Source: Candidatus Nomurabacteria bacterium (GTDB taxonomy: Bacteria; Patescibacteriota; Minisyncoccia; Phycocordibacterales; UBA9973). Taken from it: DNA of 64,000 bases. The DNA lies in assembly GCA_016699365.1 (NCBI GenBank), contig CP064973.1, positions 64,195 to 128,194 of the forward strand. Reading direction: 5' to 3'. The position numbers were made by a program, and so were the translations under genes. Below the pieces are notes generated by a model. The model worked only from the letters and a program-made list of their open reading frames with translations. It was not told where the DNA came from and searched no databases. This document shows, in pieces, positions 28,775-38,206 of this stretch; position 1 is the first letter of the stretch; every line of letters begins with the position of its first letter.

Positions 28775-30823
28775 TTATATATCTAACTCTGCCATTTTGG
28801 CATGTGTTTGAATAAAGCTCTTACGAGGCGCAACATCAGACCCCATAAGCATATCAAAAACTTTATCAGCTTCTTCTGCGTCGTTTATAGTAACTTGTTT
28901 CAAGATACGACGTGTGTGATCCATAGTTGTCTCCCATAGCTCGTCTGCGTTCATTTCTCCGAGACCTTTATATCGCTGTACTGATATTTTCTGAACTCTA
29001 GCTTTTACTTCCTTTGCATCAGCAGTAATTTCAGTGTCTCCAGATTCTTCGGTTTCATCTTCCTCTGTGCTTTCATCTATATTTTCACTCGAACCCGCAA
29101 AAGCAACTTTTTCTTCTTCGGAATATGCATAGAAAACTTCTTTTCCTTTTTTGATCTTATATAGAGGCGGTTGAGCAATATAAATAAATCCTCCGTCCAA
29201 AAGCGGTTTGAAATATCTATAAAGTAGAGTGAGTATAAGTGTTCGAATGTGAGCTCCGTCAACGTCCGCATCAGTTGCGATTATAACTTTATGATAACGA
29301 AGTTTAGAAATATCAAATGTATCTCCGATTGCAGTTCCCATAGCCACTATCAAGTTACGCACTTGTTCTGACTGCATGATTTTATCTAGACGTGCACGCT
29401 CTATGTTTAGAATCTTTCCACGAAGTGGCAAGATAGCCTGAGTACGTCGGTCACGACCCATTTTCGCTGTACCTCCCGCAGAGTCTCCCTCTACTATAAA
29501 TAGTTCTGATTCTTCAGCACTTTTACTTTGACAGTCAGCAAGCTTTCCAGGCAATGTCATACCTTCGAGTGCACCCTTACGGAGCACAGAGTCTTTTGCG
29601 GCTTTTGCAGCTTTACGCGCGCGCACCGCTAGAACAACCTTGCCTATAATAGCCTTTGCCTCATCTGGATTTTCTTCTAAGTATGCAGCAAATGCCTCAC
29701 CGAAAACACTGGCTACTGCTCCTTGTGCCTCCATCGATCCTAATTTACTTTTTGTCTGTCCTTCAAATTGAATTTCGCGAAGTTTTACTGATATAACCGC
29801 AGTTAAACCTTCTAACACATCTTCTCCTGTAAAACCTCCATCAGATTCTTTGATGATGTTGTTCTTTTTTCCGTAAGTATTTAAAACACGAGTGAGGGCT
29901 GTTTTGAATCCAGTAACATGAGTACCTCCTTCTGGAGTATGAATATTGTTTGCAAAAGCAACGATCTTTGCGCTTATGTCATCTACGTATTGAAGCGCAA
30001 TCTCAATCCCCACTCCATCAAGTTCCTTGTCTACATAAAATATTTTATCTTGAACCTCCTTTTCGTTTCGATTGTAATAAGAAACAAGTGATACAAGTCC
30101 ACCTTCAAAATAAAAAGTTGTGGATGGGATTTCTAATTTTAAATCTTCAAAATAAAATATATCATCTAGGTCTGCGTTCCAGTCTGCTTCACGCGCATCA
30201 AGTATTGATATGCGTAATTTTTTTACCAAATAAGCTTGCTGGCGAAGATGGTTTACGATTGTATTCCAATCAAACTTTAAAGTTTTGAATATTTCTTCAT
30301 CTGGTTCAAATGTAACTATAGTTCCTTTTTCTTTTGAAGATCCAATTTTTTTGACATTGGCTTTTTTCTTACCCTGAGAATATTCTTGCATGTGCTTACC
30401 ACCCTCTCTGTGTACAATTGCCTGAGTGTAGATAGAAAGCGCATTTACAACAGAAGCACCCACACCATGCAAACCTCCGGAAACTTTATACCCTTCGCCG
30501 CCAAATTTTCCTCCAGCATGAAGTGTGGTCATAACAGTTTCTAGTGCAGAAACTTTTGTCTTTGCGTGAACATCTACAGGGATTCCACGTCCGTTGTCAG
30601 CAACGCGAATACGATTGTCTGGAAGTAGAACCACTTCTATGTGGTCACAATGTCCCGCCATGGCTTCGTCGCGAGAGTTATCGAAAATCTCCCACACCAA
30701 ATGATGCAAGCCTTCTGGACCCGTTCCTCCGATATACATTCCAGGACGCTTACGTACTGGCTCTAGACCCTCCAAAACCGAGATATCACTAGCACTGTAT
30801 GAACCTTCCTTTTTATCTGCCAT
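28775..30823 (-). CDS. gyrB: DNA gyrase subunit B (type IIA topoisomerase ATPase subunit)
   Basis: 682 aa. GHKL ATPase motifs (LHHLVWEIFDNSRDEAMAG, VADNGRGIPVD), Toprim EGDSAGG and PLRGKILN. Confidence 0.85.
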   Translation of the reverse strand: MADKKEGSYSASDISVLEGLEPVRKRPGMYIGGTGPEGLHHLVWEIFDNSRDEAMAGHCDHIEVVLLPDNRIRVADNGRGIPVDVHAKTKVSALETVMTTLHAGGKFGGEGYKVSGGLHGVGASVVNALSIYTQAIVHREGGKHMQEYSQGKKKANVKKIGSSKEKGTIVTFEPDEEIFKTLKFDWNTIVNHLRQQAYLVKKLRISILDAREADWNADLDDIFYFEDLKLEIPSTTFYFEGGLVSLVSYYNRNEKEVQDKIFYVDKELDGVGIEIALQYVDDISAKIVAFANNIHTPEGGTHVTGFKTALTRVLNTYGKKNNIIKESDGGFTGEDVLEGLTAVISVKLREIQFEGQTKSKLGSMEAQGAVASVFGEAFAAYLEENPDEAKAIIGKVVLAVRARKAAKAAKDSVLRKGALEGMTLPGKLADCQSKSAEESELFIVEGDSAGGTAKMGRDRRTQAILPLRGKILNIERARLDKIMQSEQVRNLIVAMGTAIGDTFDISKLRYHKVIIATDADVDGAHIRTLILTLLYRYFKPLLDGGFIYIAQPPLYKIKKGKEVFYAYSEEEKVAFAGSSENIDESTEEDETEESGDTEITADAKEVKARVQKISVQRYKGLGEMNADELWETTMDHTRRILKQVTINDAEEADKVFDMLMGSDVAPRKSFIQTHAKMAELDI

Positions 30824-30948
30824 AAATTAAAAAATACCCTTAAAATTAAGCTTTAATATGTTATTTATTACCCTAACATTATAGCAAAAAAATCCACTTT
30901 CTCCTAGTAGAAAATAGTGGATTTCTCCTTATTTTAAGGCCTAAAATA

Positions 30949-32757
30949 CTACCGAATCTCGAAACCTTTATCTTGGAGAGATTTGGTTATAGAGTTCATG
31001 GATTCTGCGACTTCTATATCTGTAAGCGTCCTATCAAAACTCTGAAAAACCAACCTAAAAGCTAGACTTTTTTTGCCGTCTTTTTCAAATGAATCTAGTA
31101 AATCTGGACCTCTAACAACTAAATCCCCCATGTTCTCTCTAATTACTGGAGAAACATCTATAGAATCAACGTTGGATGGAACCCACATTGAAATATCACG
31201 TACAATAAATGGATATTGAGACCAGGGAGAAAAGTTTTCAGATTTTAACTCTAAACTATTAGGTAAAACAGAATCGTACGAACTTCCGATTTCTATATCC
31301 TTTGTATATTCTTCTAGGGTCATTTCTTGTACCCCTTTTTTATCCATCCAAGCAACATGTGTTTCTTCAACACCTGCAGCTGGAAAAACATTACCAACTT
31401 CAAATATTTTTATTTCAGATTCTCCAAGTAGTGGCGCGTTAAGTCTATTGAGCTCATACGCTTGCTTCAATCCATCACTTAGATTTGTCCGGAGCGCTTC
31501 CTTGCCCTTTGCTCCATAAGCAACATACACTTCGCCTTTTTTTGTAAATGCATAAGTATAGACTTCTCTAAATCTATCTTCGGTAAGTTTTTTCTTTGCT
31601 GATAAAATTCTATAAAAAATTTCATTTGTTTTCGGCTTGAAATCTATTATCGGTAATTCTGGTAAAACCCTATCGTATCCAAGCACTCTTCCAATCTCCT
31701 CTACCAAATCATGGGGACCAATAAGATCCAAGCGAAGTACAGATGGAGAGACGACAAAAGCCTCCCCTTCTCTACGAAAACTAATTCTCAAACGCATTAA
31801 AACATTCTCGATCTCTTCCTCTTTAAAATTTGATCCGAGTTTTTTGTTGATATAGTCAGTTGTAATTTCAATATCTTGTCTTGTCTCCCATTTCTGCTTG
31901 TCAGGAAACACATCAACAATATCTTCGAACTCTGCATCCGGACACATTTCAAATATAAGTGCTGACAGCTCTCGCATTGCATATTCTGCACGCACAGGAG
32001 ATAGATCATTCTCAAATCTTTTTATTGCATCTGTAAAAAGTCCCATTCCACGGCCAGTCTTTCGCACAGTCACCGGGTCGAAGTTTGCTACTTCTAGTAT
32101 TATATCTGCTGTATTCTCGTCTACCTCAGCTCGTGTTCCACCTTTCACTCCAGCAATCGCCAAAACATTATCTTCTCCGTCGGTAATCACCAAGTCGGTT
32201 TCTTTTAAATCTTTTTCTTCACCGCCAAGAAGGCTCACCTTTTTTTGACTGCCTGTTTCTTTTATTCGTATTGTACTTCCAACTTTTTTAGCATCAAATA
32301 CATGAGTTGGGTTTCCACAATCAAACATCACAATATTTGTTGCATCTACGACATTGTTTATACTTTTCTGTCCTACTGACTCAAGATGCTTCACTACCCA
32401 CTCCGGACTTGGACCAACTTTTACATTTCGAACTATTCGTCCCATATATCTGCGGCATTTATCATTTTCAATTTTCACTTCAAGACTTGTTGGTTTTGAC
32501 GTAGGAATTTTGTACATATCAACTGGACTCTTGTATTCGATATCGAGAAGCGCAGAAAGTTCTTGTGCGACCCCCTGATGATTTAGTAAATCGTGGGCAC
32601 GATTTGGCAAGATATTGATATCGAAAATAGTATCTCCATCTGACATTTTATCCATACTCTCTACTTCACAGAGATGAAATGTAAAAACATCCCAGAGCTT
32701 ATCGGGTTCACAAATGTCAGGTATATACGATTTGAGCCAGTTGTAAGATATTTTCAT
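30949..32757 (-). CDS. pheT: phenylalanine--tRNA ligase beta subunit (short, lacks N-terminal tRNA-binding domain)
   Basis: 602 aa. Starts MKISYNWLKSYIP (typical PheT start). B3/B4 and B5 regions present and C-terminal FDX-ACB-like end. About 200 aa shorter than E. coli PheT. Confidence 0.85.
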   Translation of the reverse strand: MKISYNWLKSYIPDICEPDKLWDVFTFHLCEVESMDKMSDGDTIFDINILPNRAHDLLNHQGVAQELSALLDIEYKSPVDMYKIPTSKPTSLEVKIENDKCRRYMGRIVRNVKVGPSPEWVVKHLESVGQKSINNVVDATNIVMFDCGNPTHVFDAKKVGSTIRIKETGSQKKVSLLGGEEKDLKETDLVITDGEDNVLAIAGVKGGTRAEVDENTADIILEVANFDPVTVRKTGRGMGLFTDAIKRFENDLSPVRAEYAMRELSALIFEMCPDAEFEDIVDVFPDKQKWETRQDIEITTDYINKKLGSNFKEEEIENVLMRLRISFRREGEAFVVSPSVLRLDLIGPHDLVEEIGRVLGYDRVLPELPIIDFKPKTNEIFYRILSAKKKLTEDRFREVYTYAFTKKGEVYVAYGAKGKEALRTNLSDGLKQAYELNRLNAPLLGESEIKIFEVGNVFPAAGVEETHVAWMDKKGVQEMTLEEYTKDIEIGSSYDSVLPNSLELKSENFSPWSQYPFIVRDISMWVPSNVDSIDVSPVIRENMGDLVVRGPDLLDSFEKDGKKSLAFRLVFQSFDRTLTDIEVAESMNSITKSLQDKGFEIR

Positions 32758-32764
32758 AATTACT

Positions 32765-33739
32765 CTATTTTAATTCTCCAATCATCAATTCTGCCTTGTT
32801 GTCTATATCTGAAAGTTTTTTGTTAAAAATTTGCAAAAACTTTTCTGGTAAAAGTGCTTTAAAATTGTGGTCTCTGCTAAAATACAGCCCATTACCATCT
32901 CTTCCTTGAGAAAGAAAATATTTTAAATCAGAATATCCCGCTCCAAAATAAAACTCAATTTTATTGTCTTCAATAGTAACTGAAGATCTACCTATTATAT
33001 GCCTGCCCTCTTTATACCCTTCTCCGTGTTCAATTTTATCAGTAGTATCACTATTGTTGTATTCATAGAAAGCCTCCAAAAAAGCACCGTCTATCATATC
33101 TCCCAATTTATGATAAATCTCGCGGAGCTTTGGTTCTTTTGATTCTTTTATATTTTTTTCAAAAACAGTTTCTTTGTGGTATATACCTGTTGGATACCTA
33201 ACCGGCCAATTTTCTCTACCTTCTGGCGTATCCACAGACAATTCAAACAAATCTCTATCTATAGAATCCACTCTCCAATGCAAAATAGTTGAAACACCTC
33301 GCAGGTTTTGATAATCAGGGTTTTCTATATTCAAGGTTTGAATCAATTCATTTTTCATCTTCTTTAGATCTTCAATATTTTGATGAACCAATTCCTCTGA
33401 CGAACTCATATCGAAAACTTCATCTGTATCAGAAAAATTCTCCTGCATTTCTGATATATTTGAGACTCCTCTTTCAGCCAGCAATTTCTTTTTTTCTTCA
33501 TCTTCAAAAAGAGGTAGTAAATTTTCCAAAGCATTTTTAAATTTTACCCTGTTGCCTGCAAGCTCAGCTCTTTTGGCTTTTATATCTTCAATAAGTTGTA
33601 GGTACTGGGTCTTTTGCTCTTCCAGCTTGGACATATCTTCTCTAACTTCAGATAAAATATTTTCTTTTTTAGTTTGAATTACTTCTTCTTCTGCTGTCTT
33701 AAAGCTATTTAGTTTTCCAAAAATCGAATTTTCGTTCAT
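32765..33739 (-). CDS. hypothetical protein with N-terminal coiled-coil, inserted between pheS and pheT
   Basis: 324-aa ORF with no recognised motif. Confidence 0.45.
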   Translation of the reverse strand: MNENSIFGKLNSFKTAEEEVIQTKKENILSEVREDMSKLEEQKTQYLQLIEDIKAKRAELAGNRVKFKNALENLLPLFEDEEKKKLLAERGVSNISEMQENFSDTDEVFDMSSSEELVHQNIEDLKKMKNELIQTLNIENPDYQNLRGVSTILHWRVDSIDRDLFELSVDTPEGRENWPVRYPTGIYHKETVFEKNIKESKEPKLREIYHKLGDMIDGAFLEAFYEYNNSDTTDKIEHGEGYKEGRHIIGRSSVTIEDNKIEFYFGAGYSDLKYFLSQGRDGNGLYFSRDHNFKALLPEKFLQIFNKKLSDIDNKAELMIGELK

Positions 33740-33761
33740 AGTGTAAAAATAATTAATAAAA

Positions 33762-34502
33762 TTAAAACTGATTTATTCTCAAATCTCCCTGATAAAGGAA
33801 TCGTACATCTGGAATATTGTGTTTAATCATTAAAATACGATCAAGCCCTCCACCGAATGCGAAGCCTTGGACTTTTTCCGGATCTAGCCCTGCGTTCCGT
33901 AAAACATTTGGGTGGAGCATTCCACCTCCCATCATCTCGAGCCACTTGCCGTTAAACTTTGCATGTACTTCCACTGACGGCTCAGTAAACGGAAAGAAGC
34001 TCGGACGAAACTGTATCTCAGTCTCAGAGCCAAGCATGGTCTGGTAGAATTTAATCAAAACTGCCTTCATATTTGCGAGTGTAATATTTTCTCCAATCAT
34101 AACTCCATCTATCTGATGAAATTGTGCTTCGTGAGTGATGTCTGTTGCTTCGTTACGAAAAGTTTTTCCGATTGCGATATATCCAGCTTCCTTTATTCCA
34201 TCTTTTGCCATTTTTTCAATCATACGCATAGAGACACTTGTCGTGTGTGTACGCAAAACTGGACGAGAGCTTCGTTCGCCACTTTGTGCTTTTGCAATCT
34301 CCTCAGGAGTTTGCTTTATCCAAAAAGTATCTTGCATGTCGCGCGCTGGATGGTCTTTTGAAACATTTAGTGCATCGAAGTTGTACCATTCGTGTTCAAG
34401 TTCCGGCCCAACAGCCATTTCAAAACCGAGCTCTGAAAAAACCCGAATTGCATCTTCCGCAAGGAGTGTCATTGGATGAAGTTGTCCTTTAGATATCTGC
34501 AT
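33762..34502 (-). CDS. pheS: phenylalanine--tRNA ligase alpha subunit, catalytic core only
   Basis: 246 aa. Class II motifs (FRNEATDITHEAQFHQIDG, FRPSFFPFTEPSVEV, GFAFGGGLDRI). Begins at the position equivalent to E. coli residue ~100, so the N-terminal helical domain is absent. Confidence 0.85.
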   Translation of the reverse strand: MQISKGQLHPMTLLAEDAIRVFSELGFEMAVGPELEHEWYNFDALNVSKDHPARDMQDTFWIKQTPEEIAKAQSGERSSRPVLRTHTTSVSMRMIEKMAKDGIKEAGYIAIGKTFRNEATDITHEAQFHQIDGVMIGENITLANMKAVLIKFYQTMLGSETEIQFRPSFFPFTEPSVEVHAKFNGKWLEMMGGGMLHPNVLRNAGLDPEKVQGFAFGGGLDRILMIKHNIPDVRFLYQGDLRINQF

Positions 34503-34908
34503 AAGCTTGTTTTAAAACTTCCGTACCTGCAATTATATCTTCATTGCTATAGTCATTTACATTATTGAACATATCTACAAGATTGTTCTGATCAGTCATA
34601 AAATCTTCGACAGTAGACATCGTATTCAATGTATCTTTATCACCGAGACCATCCTCTGACACAGATTCAAGTTTTGACACCATTCTCTCTGCTAAATCTT
34701 TTATTGTTGAATATGCTTCTGTTCCTAAATCTGTGTGTAATGTCTCTATCATACCTCTGCAGAAAATAACTAATTTTTTCAGATCTCTTATGTGTGATTC
34801 TATAGAATTCTCCATATCACTCACTCCATCATCTTCGAAAAAGTCCTCTCTGGGTTCACTGGGTTTAGTATCGAAATTATTTTCTCTAGGCTTACCAAAT
34901 GGGGACAT
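34489..34908 (-). CDS. acidic hypothetical protein overlapping the pheS start by 14 nt
   Basis: 139-aa ORF, acidic and helical-looking. Could be a detached N-terminal PheS domain or an unrelated small protein. Confidence 0.35.
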   Translation of the reverse strand: MSPFGKPRENNFDTKPSEPREDFFEDDGVSDMENSIESHIRDLKKLVIFCRGMIETLHTDLGTEAYSTIKDLAERMVSKLESVSEDGLGDKDTLNTMSTVEDFMTDQNNLVDMFNNVNDYSNEDIIAGTEVLKQAYADI

Positions 34909-34911
34909 AAA

Positions 34912-35187
34912 TTATACGCGTGAGATTAATAAATAAATATTATTACCCTTGTACATCAATGTAAACTGATGGTTTTCATTATCTTCAAACTGAGCACTCT
35001 TTTTATCATGAGCTTGAGCAAAAAATACTTTTGCCTCAAGAGGTTCAATTTTATTGTCCAAATAGTTTATACCGTCACGAATATGCCTGTCTTCGCTTTC
35101 GTATTCAACCTTTATTCCGTGAATATACTCGTATTTAACCATACTAGCGATTATAGCAAAAAATGGGCTCGAAATGCTATACTTCAA
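34912..35187 (-). CDS. hypothetical protein
   Basis: 91-aa ORF directly downstream of the tail-fibre-like gene. Confidence 0.3.
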   Translation of the reverse strand: MKYSISSPFFAIIASMVKYEYIHGIKVEYESEDRHIRDGINYLDNKIEPLEAKVFFAQAHDKKSAQFEDNENHQFTLMYKGNNIYLLISRV

Positions 35188-35322
35188 GCATATGAAAAAG
35201 CGTTATATTTTCTTGGTAATATGCATCTTAATACTATCTGCCATAGGGTTCTATTTGGGTAGATTGGACGAAGAAAGAAGAAAAATTGATGTCTTTTCCC
35301 TACCTAGTAGACTTGATCTATA

Positions 35323-35352
35323 AAAAAACACCCCGCAAGTATGGGGTGTTTT
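35323..35352 (-). terminator. rho-independent terminator
   Basis: acacccc-gcaagta-tggggtgt hairpin flanked by A/T runs. Confidence 0.55.
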
Positions 35353-35354
35353 GT

Positions 35355-36614
35355 TTAATTTTCTAAAAGAATTTTTAGTTTTATAACTTCTTCTTCTGTA
35401 AGACATGTGTCACCTACACACAATAATTCTGTTTCGATTTTTGGAGTAGTGATTTTTTCGTTTTCAATTTTCTCGAATCTGGAAGCAAGATCAGTAAGAC
35501 TGCCAACAATATATGGAATCAAGCCACTCATAGAAATACGTTTCTGGTTATTTTCTGTAACTACAACCTCTGGTAATATCGCCTCAACTTCCTGAGCAAT
35601 AAATCCAGATGTTTTGTTTTCTTTATCGGATTCATTTTTCCAATTGTATTTGACGGGACGAAGATTTTTTATAATATCCAAAGACTCACCACTTGATATA
35701 CTTTCAATATTTTTCTTCAAATTAACATCTGATGTACAAGTGATTCCACCTGCAACCGCCGGGTTTATAGAACATGTCCCGCTTGTATTTGTAAATGTTG
35801 CCACATCTAAAGTTCCAGTCTTTTCTACATCAAGAGGAGTCTCTGGAGTTGTATCTCCAATACCAACATTTCCATCCGCGTCTACCACCATTCTAGTTTG
35901 CAAGATAACAGATCCCCGTCCGGTTGTTCGAAAGAAGAGCCCTGTTCCCCATGCACTATCTGAGAAAGTTTCTGCCGCAATAACACGCATACCTGCAGTT
36001 GTAGAAGGAGCAAAAGCGGTTGTTCCGTATCCAAGTCCTGAGAATTCAGCAAGAATGTCATTGTTTTGAACAGGTAAAGGAGAAATTCTGGTTCCACGAG
36101 CAGCACGGCCACCAAAAACAGTTTTTGTGGTAAAAGTTGGAGATGTACTAAACGTGTCAGCAACTATCTCAACATTTTGTCCATCATTTGCAACTTCAAA
36201 TTCATATGTTGGATTTGATAGACCAACACCTATGCGGTCATTTACACCATCAATAAACAAAAGATCATTTTCATTATCAGATTTTATTCTGATATTTTTT
36301 GCATCCCCAATGTCATTTAAAGTTAAAGTACTAGTTAGTGCATCGTATGAAAAAGGATAATTTCCACTTACTCCACCCACACCCAAAGATCCTGTAAGTG
36401 TATTTCCTACTACAGTAAGTGGTGATGACGGAGAGTTTGTACCAATACCTAGATAGTTAAGTGTGTCGTTCCAAAAAAAGTTCAAATTATCTTGGCCTGT
36501 GTTTTTACCTACTGGATTAGCAAAAACAACAGACCCTGGAGTCAGGGCGGCATTTGTATTTAAATATGGAACAAAAACTATAAAAGCAATAAATAAGTAA
36601 GCAAACTTTTTCAT
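35355..36614 (-). CDS. secreted phage-tail-fibre-like protein with C-terminal intramolecular chaperone (peptidase S74) domain
   Basis: 419 aa. Signal peptide (MKKFAYLFIAFIVFVPYLNTNA). Repeated IGIGT/IGVG..P..L.V fibre-like motifs. C-terminus SDVNLKKNIESISSGESLDIIKNLRPVKYNWKNESDKENKTSGFIAQEVEAILPEVV matches the auto-cleaving chaperone domain of phage tail-spike/endosialidase proteins. Confidence 0.6.
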   Translation of the reverse strand: MKKFAYLFIAFIVFVPYLNTNAALTPGSVVFANPVGKNTGQDNLNFFWNDTLNYLGIGTNSPSSPLTVVGNTLTGSLGVGGVSGNYPFSYDALTSTLTLNDIGDAKNIRIKSDNENDLLFIDGVNDRIGVGLSNPTYEFEVANDGQNVEIVADTFSTSPTFTTKTVFGGRAARGTRISPLPVQNNDILAEFSGLGYGTTAFAPSTTAGMRVIAAETFSDSAWGTGLFFRTTGRGSVILQTRMVVDADGNVGIGDTTPETPLDVEKTGTLDVATFTNTSGTCSINPAVAGGITCTSDVNLKKNIESISSGESLDIIKNLRPVKYNWKNESDKENKTSGFIAQEVEAILPEVVVTENNQKRISMSGLIPYIVGSLTDLASRFEKIENEKITTPKIETELLCVGDTCLTEEEVIKLKILLEN

Positions 36615-36675
36615 AATCTATATATAATAAGCCAATAATGAACACATACTGTCAGTAAATGTGATCAATGTCAAC

Positions 36676-36996
36676 CTATTTAAACTCAAAAAATATCTCT
36701 TCAAAGTTTTTTATTTTCCCTGTTTTTGGATCTACATCTATTCCCTCTTTTTTATAAAGAGCCATTCGTTCTTTTCTGTGCTTGTCGTCTATCCATACTT
36801 TCCCACCAGCGTAGACTATCCTATGCCATGGGATATTCTTCACATCTTCATCGTATGCTTTACCGAGGATAGTAGTAATACTCTGACTTGCCATCGGCCC
36901 CGCACCACAAGCACGGGTAATAGCTCCGTATGTAGTAACTCTACCTTTTGGTATAGAGAGTGCGGCTTTCAAAACACGTTCAGAAAATGTAGACAT
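36676..36996 (-). CDS. alkyltransferase-like (ATL) protein / MGMT-fold DNA-binding protein lacking the active-site Cys
   Basis: 106 aa. O6-alkylguanine-DNA alkyltransferase C-terminal fold with PWHRIV in place of the PCHRV motif (Trp replaces the catalytic Cys), typical of ATL damage sensors. Confidence 0.7.
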   Translation of the reverse strand: MSTFSERVLKAALSIPKGRVTTYGAITRACGAGPMASQSITTILGKAYDEDVKNIPWHRIVYAGGKVWIDDKHRKERMALYKKEGIDVDPKTGKIKNFEEIFFEFK

Positions 36997-37447
36997 ATGT
37001 ATACTCTATCACTAAAAAGAAATCTTTGACAAAAATATTTCTAGTAGTAACATGAAGAAAAATTGTAAATTATGAAAAAATTACTGCTTATTTTATTAGC
37101 GATAATAATTATAGTAGTTGGCGTAGCTGTTGGTTTAAGTTCGTTATATTTTATTGCTGCACCATTACCAAAATGGTTAACAGAGAATCCCGTTGCTTCT
37201 TTCTTTTTATTCAACCAACGCAGGTCATCTAATATATGTATTTGTTTCAATGATACTTGGATATATTATGGTGTTTTGCTCATTTTTAATTCTTGAAATA
37301 GTTGAACCGGGCACAGAAAAACCAAAGGGTCAGTCGAGTTTATACAAAATAGACAAGCTTTTATGAAAACCAAAAATCCGCATTAGCGGATTTTATTTTT
37401 TATAAATTTCTCTTGCCAACTTACATTGCTCACATTCATCTCCCCCG

Positions 37448-38206
37448 CTATATACTTTTTGCAAAGCATGGTCTTTCGGTCCACTCACCTGTTTTCAAAA
37501 GTCTATCGTAATCAGTTATATCTCTAATCAGTAGATCAATCTGTTCTTCTCCTACTCGTGTCGCATAAATCATATTTTTGTCACCATCTTTTGCTTCAAG
37601 GAAATAAAGTTTTGAAGATACTACTTCTTTTTTATCAGAACCTCGCACCAAGTATGAATACATCGCCAACTGTCGCATGTAAGTAGAAAGCCTATTTTCA
37701 TCATCCAGTTTTTCTATAACACCAGAAGTTTTTGTAGAACCAGTTTTGAAATCTGTTACTGAAACACTCCCATCAGGGAATTTTTCTGTAAGGTCAATCT
37801 TTCCATACATGTTCAAATTTGGAAAACGTGAATCTTTAAAAGAAACGGATCTTTCGCTATCACGATTTTGGATGAGATCTTTATATGAATTTTTAATCCA
37901 CTTCGCAACTATTTCTGTTGCATCTTTTGAAAGCTTACTTAAAACCCGAGAATCGCTAACACCCTCGCGTTCAAAACTACTTTTTATACACTCCACTATG
38001 TCTTTATCAGAAGGTATGCTTGGAGATTTCAAAACAAATTCTATTGCCGCATGTACCGCAGACCCTAGTGCAAGAGAATCAGATTTTATCTCAGGCAACT
38101 TCAGAAAATTTCTAAAATACCATTTCCAAGGACATTCGAAAAAGTTGTTAAGTAATGATACAGAAATATTCACACTCTCGTATTCATCTGTGACAAGAGT
38201 TTTCAT
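37448..38206 (-). CDS. PD-(D/E)xK (RecB-family) nuclease domain protein, translationally coupled to the upstream helicase
   Basis: 252 aa. Motifs GKIDL ... VTDFKTG ... QLAMYSY are the RecB/AddA-type nuclease motifs II, III and QxxxY. Start ATG overlaps the helicase stop (ATGA). Confidence 0.55.
   Translation of the reverse strand: MKTLVTDEYESVNISVSLLNNFFECPWKWYFRNFLKLPEIKSDSLALGSAVHAAIEFVLKSPSIPSDKDIVECIKSSFEREGVSDSRVLSKLSKDATEIVAKWIKNSYKDLIQNRDSERSVSFKDSRFPNLNMYGKIDLTEKFPDGSVSVTDFKTGSTKTSGVIEKLDDENRLSTYMRQLAMYSYLVRGSDKKEVVSSKLYFLEAKDGDKNMIYATRVGEEQIDLLIRDITDYDRLLKTGEWTERPCFAKSI

Noticed and set aside
37041-37296. Small overlapping ORFs 37072..37296 (+) and 37041..37250 (-)
   Set aside because: They are mutually exclusive, low-complexity and hydrophobic, with no motif. 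The + strand one (MKKLLLILLAIIIIVVGVAVG...) could be a small membrane protein, but evidence is insufficient to call it.
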